Below, in pieces: positions 25,501 through 37,329 of a stretch of 64,000 nucleotides of DNA (positions are counted from its first letter, which is position 1; each line of letters opens with the position of its first letter). The notes under the pieces were generated by a model. That model was not told the DNA's origin and did not search any database. It worked only from the letters and a program-made list of their open reading frames with translations. Origin of the DNA: Botryllus schlosseri (taxonomy: Eukaryota); assembly GCA_051294905.1 (NCBI GenBank), contig CM119371.1, positions 21,144,001 through 21,208,000 on the forward strand, in the 5' to 3' direction. Both the position numbers and the translations under genes were made by a program.

Positions 25501-27407
25501 GCGATTGTTCGTAGAATTACACAACCTCGGACTGGCCGGGTGATAAAATGAAAACGACTCAAGTTATGTCGGTTCAAACTTTAAAATAAGAGAAGGAGTT
25601 GTGACTGGAAACGTGGTGGGTTGGTAAACAAACTATCAAACCGGCATTCTCATGAGAAATAGTAACTTATGAAATGGTAGTAGCGGGCTTTGCGTATAGC
25701 GTAGCGGATTTCGCTATCTAAGAAAGTATTAATAGCAACAATTGTCAGTCGTCAATTAAAGTTGACGAGTAGCAAAGTGGTACGTTCGACAGCTGTAACA
25801 CCACTACATATTTTAGGGATTGGACATGTTTCAAATAGAGTGTCACCGCTTGTTATAAATGCAACCTTACTTACACGACGGAATATCATCAAAGCAAGCC
25901 CATATGCTACTGCTCCAGTTTGCCATTCCAGGCTGGTTCACAACTGCCGCATCTTGCCGCATCACCACACCATGCTGATAAGTAACCATGGTTGGTTCCT
26001 GTTTAACCACCGCATCATCATACAGCGTCGGCTGTAGCGTCTAAAATTCAATAAAGTCAATTAAATATTCAACCACATTTTCGAAAGAAATCGTCGTCTG
26101 CCTTTAAGTATGATTGGACTGTGGTACTAATTGTTTTCTACCGTGAAGACCAGCGCTATTACGTACTTGATCTTGTTTAGATATGGTTAATACGGACTTG
26201 ATATACTCCGAAAGTCGGAATTCGCAGGATGTTATATAGGACTGAAATACACATATGAAGACCATTTGTTTCTCTATACTCAGGAAGTTCATTATGAACT
26301 CTGCCTACAGCAATTCCACTGTACGCCAGACCTCGAAAACGTATTAATTTTAGGAACCTGATCAAGACTTGATAAGCCAGAAAAAAGGAACCGAATGAAT
26401 TCCAAATCAAATATAAATGAACTAAATTTTTATCTCTGAGCTTTCAACAACTGCCATACATGTGTCTCTATAAACACCTATCATTAAAGGGATGTTTCTC
26501 AAACCTTTTGAGCGCGGTAGAAATCCGAGTTTTATTATTATCTTGCAAACCAAGCCTTACACGTTAAATGCAATGCATCTAAAGGTATAAAAACATTTTC
26601 ATGCCCTGTGAGAAGGTGTGAACATTATAAAAACATACGATACCTATAGTTCTTTGAAGTATGATTCATTACAAAGAATCATTGATTCTGTGAGGTTGTT
26701 ATGACGGAAATTTATTTTTCATAGATTTAAAGCACGGCGCTTTAGTATTCGGCTATTCGCTTACACCGATTATCGCCTTCCGTCAATCGTCTCCAGCCGT
26801 TGTCTTGTCACAACTGTTTACACGCAATTCAAGCTCATGACCCCTGAAATTCCAATTTGAATGTGCACCCCTACTTCACACTAATGAAAAGATAATTGAC
26901 AAACGTTACTGTGATAACCGTTGTTTAAACTGAGCAAGTCAGAGACAACCTATCTCTTCATATTCTACAATACCGGCTCATTATGTTACAGCATTAGTGA
27001 GAAACCAAATGTCAGACAAATCTTACAATGATATAAATCCCTAGTATATCATGGAAGGCGCATTCAACATGATTGAGCAATATCTTCGCGACAACTTTGT
27101 GGGCGTGTCAGTCATTGTCATCTTAACTGTGAATGCAGACTTGGAAATGGTCAAAGCATAGAAACAAATATTACAATCATCAGACGACCGTGGAGTTTTA
27201 TTTGGAACATACGTAGGCCTTATTGGATTGGGATTCGATTAATAACTTGATTTAATTTGCATTCGTTAAAATTGTGTTTGTAGTACGTTTAATTATTTCT
27301 GTGAATTCTAAATATTTGAAATATATATTGAAGAGGGCTTAGTACAAAGCGAGTTTCTAAGTTGATAATTTGCTAATATATTAAATAGCCCATTTACTCA
27401 CATTCAT
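22568..27407 (-). CDS. PLAC8/cornifelin-family cysteine-rich protein, copy 2 (4 coding exons, 142 aa)
   Basis: Exons 27407-27402 (ATGAAT|gtgagt), 26040-25875, 22899-22742 and 22666-22568. Phases and the last two exon lengths (158, 99 nt) match copy 1. Product: MN-TLQPTLYDDAVVKQEP...WSSSIWACFDDIPSC-LCVYFCRCFYYGCIAKRMGEDCC...HGIQ-GSICDDCCLLFFCQPCTMCQLDREINYREGRQ*. Confidence 0.9.
23017..23245. mobile_element. hAT-type MITE
   Basis: TIR CAGTGGTTCTCAACC...GGTTGAGAACCACTG; 8-bp TSD CAATAGGC. Confidence 0.9.
23449..23488 (-). ncRNA. Hammerhead ribozyme copy in the inverted 5' pseudo-LTR, core-mutated (GAAA>GAAU)
   Basis: Reverse complement of 25085-25124 except at position 23462. Confidence 0.75.
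23587..24942 (+). CDS. Penelope-like reverse transcriptase + GIY-YIG endonuclease (N-terminally truncated, open frame)
   Basis: Motifs DSFTF, SFDIKSLFTNVP, QSDGVAMGSPLGP, RYVDD, FLDVLV, VYRKPT; GIY-YIG-type VIYEFKCHCDCRYVGRT...RIKEH...LES. The frame is open from the inversion junction at 23587, so ATG 23614 is an internal Met. Confidence 0.93.
   Translation, partial: RDSFTFADEMRRSQLSARDNFLGSFDIKSLFTNVPLNETLNICADALYNGKLIPPPFSRATFMELMRNAVCSVEFSFNNIMFRQSDGVAMGSPLGPILANIFVGFHEDKLFSSSIKPPLSYHRYVDDTFVIFDNESDCDTFLGNLNKLHPALQFTSEKEINNRLAFLDVLVEKRDGKFLTSVYRKPTFSGHYLRWSSFSPKSRKINLIGTLVHRALMICSEVKLNNELDYIRKIFIDNGYPEYVIKRTISKKLSHWNDTKPEETPEVISRENRDVYIHLPWIGPVSYRFETQITSAVYRCYPAVKTNVVFTTIPMFPATRKDVLPAIKQSNVIYEFKCHCDCRYVGRTSKRLQDRIKEHIPPSVKSYISNSQLNNPLVLEHYQAMGQKSSIGKHLLENHTCAANYHEDMFSILAKGRNLFHLSVLESTIITMSKPSLCQQKEFVYHLKIAH
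25085..25124 (+). ncRNA. Minimal type I hammerhead ribozyme in the 3' pseudo-LTR
   Basis: TATTCCC-CTGACGA-GG GTCAG CC-GAAA-AGCT-TC-GGGAATA: 7-bp stem I, intact CUGANGA/GAAA core, palindromic stem III (AAGCTT), predicted cleavage after C25117; AATAAA follows. Confidence 0.85.
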
Positions 27408-28961
27408 CCTTTTTTTTCTGCAAACACTGAAAGTACCAAATAATCCCTTGCACTATTGTAATACAATGATAACATATATTAACTGCAAGTAGCACAAACA
27501 CTCTTGTTCTGTGATTAATTGGGCAGATGCATATTTTTAAGGACACCGCTATAATCGATTGCCGTTGTCCAATTCCAGTTCACATTCTATTCCAACTCGA
27601 ATCAGTGTCCATAAATAAATTGATAAAGCTATTTCGAAAGCTAACCAATATTATACCCTACTTATATATTAGCTAATTTGACGATGTACAATTATAATGC
27701 ATATAAATGGGTGAAGTCAGCATAAGCGTAAATCTTCACGAATATCACCATGCACTTCGTCGATATCATCCTTTGTTATTTTCGATGTCTTTGGTATAAC
27801 CGTATGGCTCGGTCATGCCATTTTGACGATATCTATATATATATTGCCGGTTGTTTGTAACGATAACGGAGCTTGAAAACAGAGTTTGGTTTGGTTAGAC
27901 TTAAGGAAGGGTTAGGGTTGTGATAGATCAGGGTTAAGGCTGGTGCCTCAAACTCGATATGGGTCGTGGAATGTATTCAGAGAATTTTTATCGCTTTCGA
28001 ACCGAACCATAGTAAATAAATTCCAAATGATTACTTCTAAATCCAGGCCCTCATTTTTGGTGCGACACTTCATCATCAAGTATATGCAAACAAAATTTAT
28101 AATATTGCGAATCATAAGATATTTGTTTTAGCATCACCTTTATTCGCAATAATTGAATTGTCCAGGATATAATGACAAGCCTGAGCTTCTGTAACATTAA
28201 TCCTCAACCCACCGGTTACGACTATATATAACTGACAATGCTCCTTTTCCATATGAGTTCGTCACTGCCTGAAGCCTTCGTGCAATATTTCAATCAACAA
28301 ACGTCGCTTGAACTGAATTATTATCCCATACGATCATAGAATTGAGTATCGAGCATACCCTGTGATCAGAATTCTCATTGACATACTAACTGAACCAGTG
28401 ATGTGAGATTTTGATCTATGAGCTTTGGGCATATGCGATCCTTGTGTCTCTATAAACATTTGTTGATGAGGGTGTTTATCAAACCTTTTGAGCGCGATTC
28501 AAATCCTAGTTTTGTTATTAACATACGAACCAAACCCGTACACGCGGAATGAAATGCATCTAAGGCTATAATAACATTTCCATGGCCTGCGAGAAGGTGT
28601 GGACAAACATACGCGTCCTAGTAGTACGAAGCATGATTCATTACAAAAAGTCATTGGTCAGTGAGGCTGATGTATCTGAACTTTATTGTTCAAAGTGTAT
28701 AATCACGAATCTTTTGTCTTCTGCTATATATGCTACAGCAATCGCTTCCTTCCGTCATTTGTTTCCATCCGCTGTCTAGTCACAGCTGCTCACTCGCAAT
28801 TTAAGCTCATGACCCCTGAATCATTGAAATTGGATTTTCATAGTTAGTCCCCTTTCACACTAAAGACAATATAATTGGAGTACGCTATTGCGATATCCGC
28901 GATTTGATCTAAGCCAGTCGGAAACTACCTCTCTCGCCCTCCTCTACAATACCTGCTCATT
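26428..28961. repeat. Diverged ~550-bp direct repeat pair (~26428-26982 and ~28409-28961)
   Basis: Shared blocks tgtgtctctataaaca, tcaaaccttttgagcgcg, aatgcatctaa, gagaaggtgtg, atgattcattacaaa, aagctcatgacccctgaa, ctacaatacc.gctcatta. Confidence 0.85.
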
Positions 28962-29373
28962 AACTCAATCCTATCCATTTTGAAATGGTGAGAGCTCTTT
29001 AGTTAGCAGCAACATGCATCAGATTCAGATATTTGAGCATGATAGTGAATATTCTCAATGAGCCTTGTGCAAATGTGTGCCGTATTTACTTTAGGCAGAT
29101 ATACGGTTTATGAACGGATAACATCGGGTTAACGTTGTTAAGTTTTCCTGGTAGATTACTATCATTATAACCATCGCATTCCCACACCGACCCTTAGGAT
29201 GTTTAAGGTCAACCTATACTTTTCACAAGCTTTGTACTCTGTTCATCCTAGCGAATCCAAATACCAGTTACAGGAAGAACGTTTAACATTTTTGCCACCC
29301 CATCGCATCCATTAGTTATTTTTGCCCAATAGTTTCTCTAAATCACCAACGTTGGGAACCACTGATTTATATG

Positions 29374-29410
29374 ACACCTGATGAAGGAGCGGCGCTCCAA
29401 AAGCTCGTGT
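29374..29410 (+). ncRNA. Degenerate minimal hammerhead ribozyme (solo PLE-type relic)
   Basis: ACAC-CTGATGA-AGGAGC GGC GCTCC-AAAA-GC-TC-GTGT: stem I ACAC/GTGT, stem II GGAGC/GCTCC; core GAAA reads AAAA. Confidence 0.6.
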
Positions 29411-29984
29411 AACTAATAAGGTTATATTCATTCGCAAGTGCGGACGTTAAATAGAGTGTGAAAGCTACCAAGGTCTTACGTTCATATATCGTCTGCTATC
29501 GGCGCAACAAAGTATGACAAACCATGTCATAGGAAATCTGATATGCTAAATTAGAGCTGCTAAATATTTGTAAATATAAATGGGTCGGAGATTAGGAATA
29601 TGTGACTATTGCAGGCGTCGAAGTTTCTGGTGATGAAAATCTGTCATAGTCACTAATAAGGCCTACTCCTGAAAACACATACGACGAATATCTCGAATTG
29701 ACCATGTATGATTGGATCGAAAAAGGCCGCCATCGGAAACTATACCGTTTTAGTCACTTTCAACCCACCGCCATCAAATAATTTAGTTCCATGAATATCA
29801 TATCTAAGCACATCCTCGTGGGATAGCCAAGAAAAATTTGAGGTATCGTGGGTTGAATAACAAGCGTATCATACATGTTCTATTAGCTGTTCGATGGCTT
29901 TGGAGTTAATTTTTCGAAAAAAAAATATTAAAATATTTTAAAATTGTCGCCCCTGCTTCATCAAAGGACATATCAGGATATAAT

Positions 29985-30518
29985 TAGGGTTGCATTTAAA
30001 ACACACGGTGTTTTGAAAGCCTTTCTTAAAGACATCTTTAAACTGTGTTTTAAACAAATGACATTTAATTTTTTTTTTCAAGAGCCTAATTATGCTATAA
30101 TTGCTTAAATACGTCCGAAAAACCATGTGGCATGAGCGTACGGACGATTTGCACCCACAATAGTCGACGTATACAATGTGTGGAGGGTGGAACCCTCGAA
30201 ATCAATCGTCGTCTGTTAAACAGTTTTTGCACGTAGATATATATATCATTTGTGCGGAATGGGTGATCTGGTCATGATGACCGCCGACCATAAAAATGCT
30301 GCATAACGATGCAGTCTCGGTTAAAGATATTCTTGGTCTGTTTATGACAGTTATCGGAGTCCCTTTTCGTCGGAGGAGCCGTATTTACCCTACATTTTCA
30401 ACTGTCAATACTAATCCACGGTGACGTCACAAATCAAATATTCGTGACGTCAATGCTAAAAAAAACATTGTTTTAAACAGGTCGGTTTCAAATTGATTTT
30501 TGTTTCTAATGCAATCTA
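29985..30518. mobile_element. hAT-type MITE (TAGGGTTGCA family)
   Basis: TAGGGTTGCATT...AATGCAATCTA; 8-bp TSD GATATAAT; related, in opposite orientation, to 34910-35203. Confidence 0.8.
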
Positions 30519-31404
30519 GATATAATTCGTTACAGTGGTTGGTTTGTGATCGCGAACCCATGAGCACGGCTAATATACCAAACGCTGACGTGAAGAGAAC
30601 GTTCGAGCCATTATTACAGCTCCAGTTCCTAGTAATGGACCGCTTAATCACATACGTCTTATTATAAACCTACCCAATGAACAACGGCGACCCAGACAAA
30701 GTCATCGATATTTAGAGTACAATTCCTACCTGTCGGTTACTTGCAACTAGTATGTAGACCAGTGGTTCCCAACCTTTTTCGACTCATCGCCCCCCTTTGA
30801 AGCTCCACACCGACCATCGCCCCCAAATATTGGGAACTGAAAAATGGGTATACAAACTGGGATCACCGGCGAGTTGATTAATAAAAAAGGTCAACTTTTT
30901 GGCTTGACCTCGAAATTACACTTTTACTTTCACACCTAAACGCGCAACGCGCGATTGATTTATATAATTCATGTTTGAATCGGTCAATATGGTCGGGAAT
31001 TTCATATATATTGCAGTGTTGGGATCAAGTCACTACCTACGAGTCACGAGTCATTTCGAGTCATTGCATATTCTGACTCGAGTCAAGTCAAGTCAATCGA
31101 TTTTCGAAGGTGACTCGAGTCAAGTCAAGTCACCCGATTTTTGGAGGTGACTCGAGTCAAGTCAAGGCAAGTCACGAGTCAAGTCACAATGCAAGTCAAT
31201 TTGCCTTTTCGAAGTGCGGGCATGATTAGGTCATTGCATTTTGCTAGCTGTCTGAAATACAGATTGAGTGGTCATTGATTCTGAATCGATGAACGAATGT
31301 AGAGTTAAATGTACACGCTGTATCGCTCACATTTATGTAGAACTGTTGAACTACGTAAGTACTTGCATAGCCTCAGTGAAACCAATTGATAAGATGCAAT
31401 AGAT

Positions 31405-33283
31405 CAGTGCTCTTCAACCGGGGTTGTCGTACACCCTAGGGTGTACCAGAATTTGCAAAGGGTGTACCACTCGGATGGGGTGTACAGGGGTGTACCAGAT
31501 CCGAATTACAATGAGCCGATGGCTAGCTATCACAAAGGCAGGTTTATGGGTCAGTACAGGTTGACGCACAGGTTAATGAGCAATATGGTACGATGCTATC
31601 TCAAGCGTAATACCATAGTGTCCTATATGGTGTCGACACAAGCAAATCGCACGGTTCAATGAAATTGTATCACGTCACAGTTTCCATTTGGCTACAGGCA
31701 ATTTGACGGTGATTTTTGACCGACTTGCCGAGCATCAAATTTTATAAAACGGGTATCAATCGAAAGCTGCCGCCGTACTGATTACGAAAATATAAATTTT
31801 ATTCCGCTCGCGGCCCTGGAACCCCCACAATCAGCCTCTAATTTTTCATTGTTATGGAGATTGGCATTGGGACGCAACAATGCTGTCTGGCGAAACGACA
31901 GACGCAACAATACTGTCTGGCTCCCTTTTTCTCGAGCACCTGTCTCGTTTCGCTAGACAGCATTGTTGCGTCCCAATGCCAATCTCCATAACAATGAAAA
32001 ATTAGAGGCTGATTGTGGGGGTTCCAGGGCCGCGAGCGGAATAAAATTTATATTTTGGTAATCAGTACGGCGGCAGCTTTCGATTGATACCCGTTTTATA
32101 AAATTTGATGCTCGGCAAGTCGGTCAAAAATCACCGTCAAATTGCCTGTAGCCAAATGGAAACTGTGACGTGATACAATTTCATTGAACCGTGCGATTTG
32201 CTTGTGTCGACACCATATAGGACACTATGGTAATACTGTACACCGCTTGATTGTGATGTCATAAGCAAATATTTCTCCTATTAATTTAGCCGTCAGCAAT
32301 AGACCATTGGTTCCGTTTGGTGTTGAAAAGTATGCAGTTAACAAACATGTGTTCGGCTAGTATTTGTCTTTTAGTGATTTTTGAGGAAACCGCCGCGATA
32401 GCTCAAAGTCCTTGAATCGGCACTTCCTCCCTGACGTTAATAAATACCGCAATGCACATAAATGAAGTGACGTAGCCAGCCAGGGTCGAAACAACTTCCA
32501 TGTTGAAATCGAAACCCTTTTGTTTTAAAATGCCGATTTTATGTCCAATATTTCGACATACATTTGCAATTTAGTATTTTGGTATTAATGATGCAAATTA
32601 GCGACAATAGACTGTGTATAGCGGCATACGATCTGAGGTTACTGACATCTCTTGCAGCCCATGTGCTACTATCGACTGTGTATGGTGTGGCGCAGGCCTG
32701 ATACGCAGTAGGCTGGTGCGCCTGCTATCATCGCTGATCTGAATTACCGCTTCTGCAGCAGTAGCTTTCCTACTCTCTCCCCAATACTGTTACATTTAGG
32801 TTGATTATCGTTCGTAATGCCATGCTGTTTTGGGGCTGACACGAAATAAATTACAATTTGCGTGGCGGGCGGCCTAACTGGCTGCGAATAGACTCTGTGA
32901 CCAAATACTATTTTATTCATATCCAAAATTTTTGACGGCAATAAATCCACTTCTACTGGTTGGAATTGAACCAAATTTGAAGAACATCGTTTTTATAGAC
33001 AACCTAATAATTTCATGTGGTGAACAGATAAATTTGAAATTTTTCGTTATTTATTTTTATATAATAAATAGAAACTTTCTTCTCCCGTAGCAATGCGGAT
33101 ACTGGTTGGAATTGAACCAAATTTGGTGTGTAGGCTTAAGTTAGGTAACCTAACAATTTTATCAAGTAGCCAGTACGATTTGAGAAAAAAGTCATTTTTG
33201 AAGACCCCTCATGACCAGGGGTGTACGAGTTTTGAGCAAACGTTAAAAGGGTGTACCACGTCGAAAAAGGTTGAAGAGCACTG
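31405..33283. mobile_element. hAT-type element (nest layer 3)
   Basis: TIR CAGTGCTCTTCAACC...GGTTGAAGAGCACTG; TSD CAATAGAT; GGGTGTAC subterminal repeats. Confidence 0.9.
31614..32229. mobile_element. Palindromic MITE, probable P-element superfamily (nest layer 4)
   Basis: ~280-bp near-perfect inverted arms starting CATAGTGTCC; 7-bp TSD GTAATAC. CATAG termini with a 7-8 bp TSD fit the P superfamily. Confidence 0.85.
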
Positions 33284-34698
33284 CAATAGATTACCCACTT
33301 ACGAATTGATATGATGCCATTGGAGCTTGCGCCAATGGTTGAGAACTCTATAAACTATATTCGAATTCAATATCAATAAAACAAAAGGTTTGATTAAGGT
33401 AAGAACAGAAATAGACATTTTGCTGTTGAATTACTTTACTATATTAGTTTACGACAACGTGAGCTGTAAGCTTCGATCACCTCGTTTGCGGTCAATTTAT
33501 TTGTGAGAGAACAATGGATGCTCATTAAATCATTGAATCATTGAATGATTGCTCACTCTCACGGGTTACGCTGGCGTTTCGCGAACAATCCGACCATATG
33601 CAAGATACAGTGATTTTTATCGACACCGATTACTTGATGACTTGAAATTGACTCATGAATTTTGCTCCGAGTCACGAGTCAATCCACATTTCTGATACCC
33701 CGAGTCAAGTCAAGTCAAGTCATTTTAGCAAAGTGACTCGAGTCAAGTCAAGTCATGTCTCGAGTCATCCCAACACTATTGGTATAAATTTTTTATCCTC
33801 TCTGCTCACGTAATCAGATTTACCGGTAGAACTGAGTGTGGTGTGTTGGAAAAGGTAGGACCTCTAAATAATAATGAAACATCTTCGGGCGGACCCGTTG
33901 TTGTATTGACTTCGTTGCATGATGCTTTTTCGTGACCTCCTATATCTGCTATGTCCAAATATATGGAAATCGCCAAAACGTACCACATTGGTATTTCTTA
34001 ACTGGCAAATATTGTTTCTCTGCTGGATGGCATTTTTCCTGTAGGGTTCAGATCGCCAGGACAGAAACATTCGACGCCAGCCATTGATGCGTCTATAGAC
34101 AATTAAACATATATGTATATATACAACGTACAAGGTCTGTAAAAGGGCATTCCTTTTCGGCCAAGGTATTCTCGTTGCTAATCGTTCTGGCATACTTCTC
34201 GGATTCGTATGTTACATAGCCTATATCTTCATATGTCTTAGTGCGTCGTGGCGCAGTTATGGTCGACGCCGAAGTCGCCATTCCCATATATCATGCGTAT
34301 TTTTGTAAGGGGAAGGGTACCCCAAAATCAAGACATATGACAATATTCAATCGCGCCCAGCGTGCAAAATTTTCGAAAAGGTTTCATGAATTTCAAAAAA
34401 ATTACTTCATAATTTATGTTAATTCACGAAATAATTTTTGGCCATATTCGAGTTCGGTTTGGGGTGCGGCATCAGTTACGGTCCTGACTCTATAGAGACG
34501 TTTTAACGCACATCGCCCCCTATCGCGCCCTTCGTCGATTTCCGCCTTCCGTATCGCCCCTTTCGTTGTTTTCGCTCCCCTAAATTGCCCCCTGGGGGGG
34601 GGGGGCGATATCGCCCACGTTGTGAACCACTGATGTAGACACATGTTGAATGTGAACATGGTGAATTTTTCTGTTTGTTTATTGCGTAGGTTACTTAT

Positions 34699-34789
34699 AG
34701 GTTGCATATACCTGCTAACTTGAAAGGCAAGTCACTGCTCAGTCACTGACCAGTGACTTGCCTTTCAAGTTAGCAGGTGTAAGCAACCT
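34699..34789. repeat. ~90-bp near-perfect hairpin (mini-MITE)
   Basis: acctgctaacttgaaaggcaagtcactg ... cagtgacttgcctttcaagttagcaggt, extended by aggttgc/gcaacct. Confidence 0.85.
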
Positions 34790-34909
34790 TCATTATTCTA
34801 ACACTAGCATACGTATTTTATATCTGCGTCGCCGAACAGCGGCATAACACTACATCTAAGGGCTCATTTCTATCACCTCATAGCCTTTGAAACTGATAAA
34901 CACCTCAAC

Positions 34910-35203
34910 TAGGGTTACATTTAAAACATAAAATCAATTTAAAACAACCATGTTTCAAACAAGGCCCTTTTTATTGTTCTTTATTCAAGGCCATGACGTC
35001 ACGAACATTCACTTGTGACGTCATAGTGGATTTTGACATTGGCGGTTATATCGGGTGGTAATTGTCAGTAGGCTCATACAACATGATTTTGGAAAGCATT
35101 TACACAATTATGGTATCATTTTGCAAATTGAAAATAAAGCCATTTGTTTGAAATACTGTTTAAAAGATGTTTTAAATCACCGTTTTTTAAAAATGCAACC
35201 CTA
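34910..35203. mobile_element. hAT-type MITE
   Basis: TAGGGTTACATT...AATGCAACCCTA; TSD ACCTCAAC. Confidence 0.85.
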
Positions 35204-36006
35204 ACCTCAACTATGGTCATAAAAGCCTTCTGTCTATGAAAACCTGATTGGTAACCAAAATTGATTCCGTTGATTCAATAATGGCTCAATGTCTGGCACA
35301 CAGCATTCAGTTGTTCAGGGGGCTCCAATTATGATTAATTTCCCGAGTTCATAGAGCACGCCGGCGTCATGACTGTTCGCATTCAAGTCAAAATTCCTTC
35401 AGATAGCAAGCTGCAAATGATCAATTCTTCAGAGGGTTAAAATAGACAAAAAGTACAATTTCGATTCAAATATAAAATTAGACTCACATGGCAGTTAGTC
35501 CTGTATAATAGATTGAATCACGAAAATCAAGCTACTGGTAGCATGAAGCGCTATCATGTGATGAATAGAGATAACCTTCAACAGCGAACACTCAATAGCT
35601 ATTACCAAGCGTTTCGGATAAAGAACATTCGGTTTTCAAAACATTCAGTTAGCGCCATCGTAACGGAAATCCATTTTCCGTAGCACCTGTAGCTTTTTTC
35701 CAACACGAGTTCGATGCTGAGACCGACGTCAAACGCATTTTCTACGATCCCGCAGCAGACCAATTTATTTAAACCACGATCTATTATTTCTTGATATCAA
35801 TATAGCTAGGCCCATTAGTCAGACCGTTTCCTCGGATATAAGTTCAATTTTCTGATAGTGATAATGGTTTCTATGCTCCTGAAGACCGTGTCTTGGAATT
35901 GTTCCGGGGATTCGGATGATCCTGATTTTCCGTCTGTTTCATGAATTCCAAAATGTAGCACTAGCAAGGGCTTTTCAGCAACGGTTTATCAATAGATAGT
36001 GCAACA

Positions 36007-36951
36007 TCACCCTGTAACATTCACGTGAATCTTGATGTGTTTGTTCATATTTGATTTTACATTGAATGCTTTCCCACATATTTCGCAATGGTAATTCACT
36101 GCCGCATGGACGGAATAGTGTTGTTTCAGGTGAGACTTCGTCATAAAGCGTTTCCCGCATATACCGCATTCATACTTGCTCTCTTTTAAGTGGATCATCT
36201 TCGTGTGTACCTTAACGTACGACTTCGAGCGAAATGTTTTACCGCAAATGTCGCACTGATGCTGGTTTTCTCCGGTGTGAATCAGGCAGTGGTATGTTAG
36301 ATGAGATTTTTGACCGAAACTTTTCCCGCATATATCACACTCGTATGCTTTTACTCCAGAATGAATTAAATAATGTGTTTTCAAATGACTTTTAGTTGTG
36401 AAGTCTTTTCCGCATATATGACACATATATTGTTTCGCTCTGGTGTGAATCATATAATGCCTTTTCAATTCACTTTCCCGTCCAAACCCCTTTCCGCATA
36501 TACTGCAGTCAAAATATTTCATTCCGGTATGAAACAGATAATGGGTCTTCAAATGGGTGTTTGTAACGAAAGCCTTACCGCATACATCGCATTTATAGTT
36601 TTTGATTCCCATGTGTGTAGCATAATGATTTGTAAGTTGAAAATTTCGCGAAAAGGTTTTCGCACATACATTGCACTCAAACTCTTTCAGTGCGGCGTGA
36701 ATTTTCATGTGCGTTCTCATGTCAAATTTCTTGATGAAAGGTTTCCCGCATATGTCGAACTCGAACTCTTTAATTCCGGTATGAATTTTCAAATGGACTT
36801 TCATGGCATGTTTCCGGGTGAATGCTTTTCCGCAGACCTCACACATATTTTCACTGCCCTCGTCACGATGTCGCGAATTGACTCTGTCCTTCCTCACTAT
36901 GCAAGGAGACTTCGATTCTATGACTTTCATCTGATTCAATACGCCGGCCAT
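36007..36951 (-). CDS. Tandem C2H2 zinc-finger protein 1 (10 fingers, ~314 aa from first ATG)
   Basis: Ten CxxC-x12-Hx3-4H units with TGxK-type linkers; finger 2 has C>F. The frame is open to 37056 but the first ATG is at 36951. No effector domain recognised. Confidence 0.88.
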   Translation of the reverse strand: MAGVLNQMKVIESKSPCIVRKDRVNSRHRDEGSENMCEVCGKAFTRKHAMKVHLKIHTGIKEFEFDICGKPFIKKFDMRTHMKIHAALKEFECNVCAKTFSRNFQLTNHYATHMGIKNYKCDVCGKAFVTNTHLKTHYLFHTGMKYFDCSICGKGFGRESELKRHYMIHTRAKQYMCHICGKDFTTKSHLKTHYLIHSGVKAYECDICGKSFGQKSHLTYHCLIHTGENQHQCDICGKTFRSKSYVKVHTKMIHLKESKYECGICGKRFMTKSHLKQHYSVHAAVNYHCEICGKAFNVKSNMNKHIKIHVNVTG

Positions 36952-37329
36952 TCTTTGAATATCGTCGCGTTTACTTTTGCCCTTAATATAGTTTAGTACT
37001 GCAATCTCAAAAGATGACCGGAAGATTACATCTTTCCATATCACAGAGGATCGCAATGTAATATATTACACAGTCATGGAAGGTAGAATTTGCTATATTG
37101 GGCTGAATTATAGGTAGAATTATTTCAGTACGTTTCTGGTCAAATTCATGTGGAATTTTACAAGTAGGCCAAAACTAAGTGAATTGGACTTGAAGTAGTA
37201 TGCGAAGTAGTCTTGAGAGGTATTCAAGTAGTACGATCAGGAATATACATGCTAGCGACCAGCGAAGAATGACTAAAATCAATTCATGTCAATATCGCTG
37301 GCAAATATTGTGATGCTGGTCATATACAC

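Larger units (their letters stand above)
31014..33778. mobile_element. hAT-type element with GACTCGAGTCAAGTC subterminal repeats (nest layer 2)
   Basis: CAGTGTTGGGAT...ATCCCAACACT; collinear with the uninterrupted copy at 48203-49192. Confidence 0.88.
30760..34632. mobile_element. hAT-type non-autonomous element, outer layer of nested cluster
   Basis: TIR CAGTGGTTCCCAAC...GTTGTGAACCACTG; 8-bp TSD ATGTAGAC (30752-30759, 34633-34640). Confidence 0.88.

Noticed and set aside
27905..27945. Telomere-like GGGTTA repeats (also ~9220-9250)
   Set aside because: Only 2-3 degenerate units; typical of repeat interiors, not a telomeric array.
36373..36996. 207-aa plus-strand ORF (and similar ones at 46078-46638, 54546-55133)
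   Set aside because: Antisense shadows of zinc-finger repeats.
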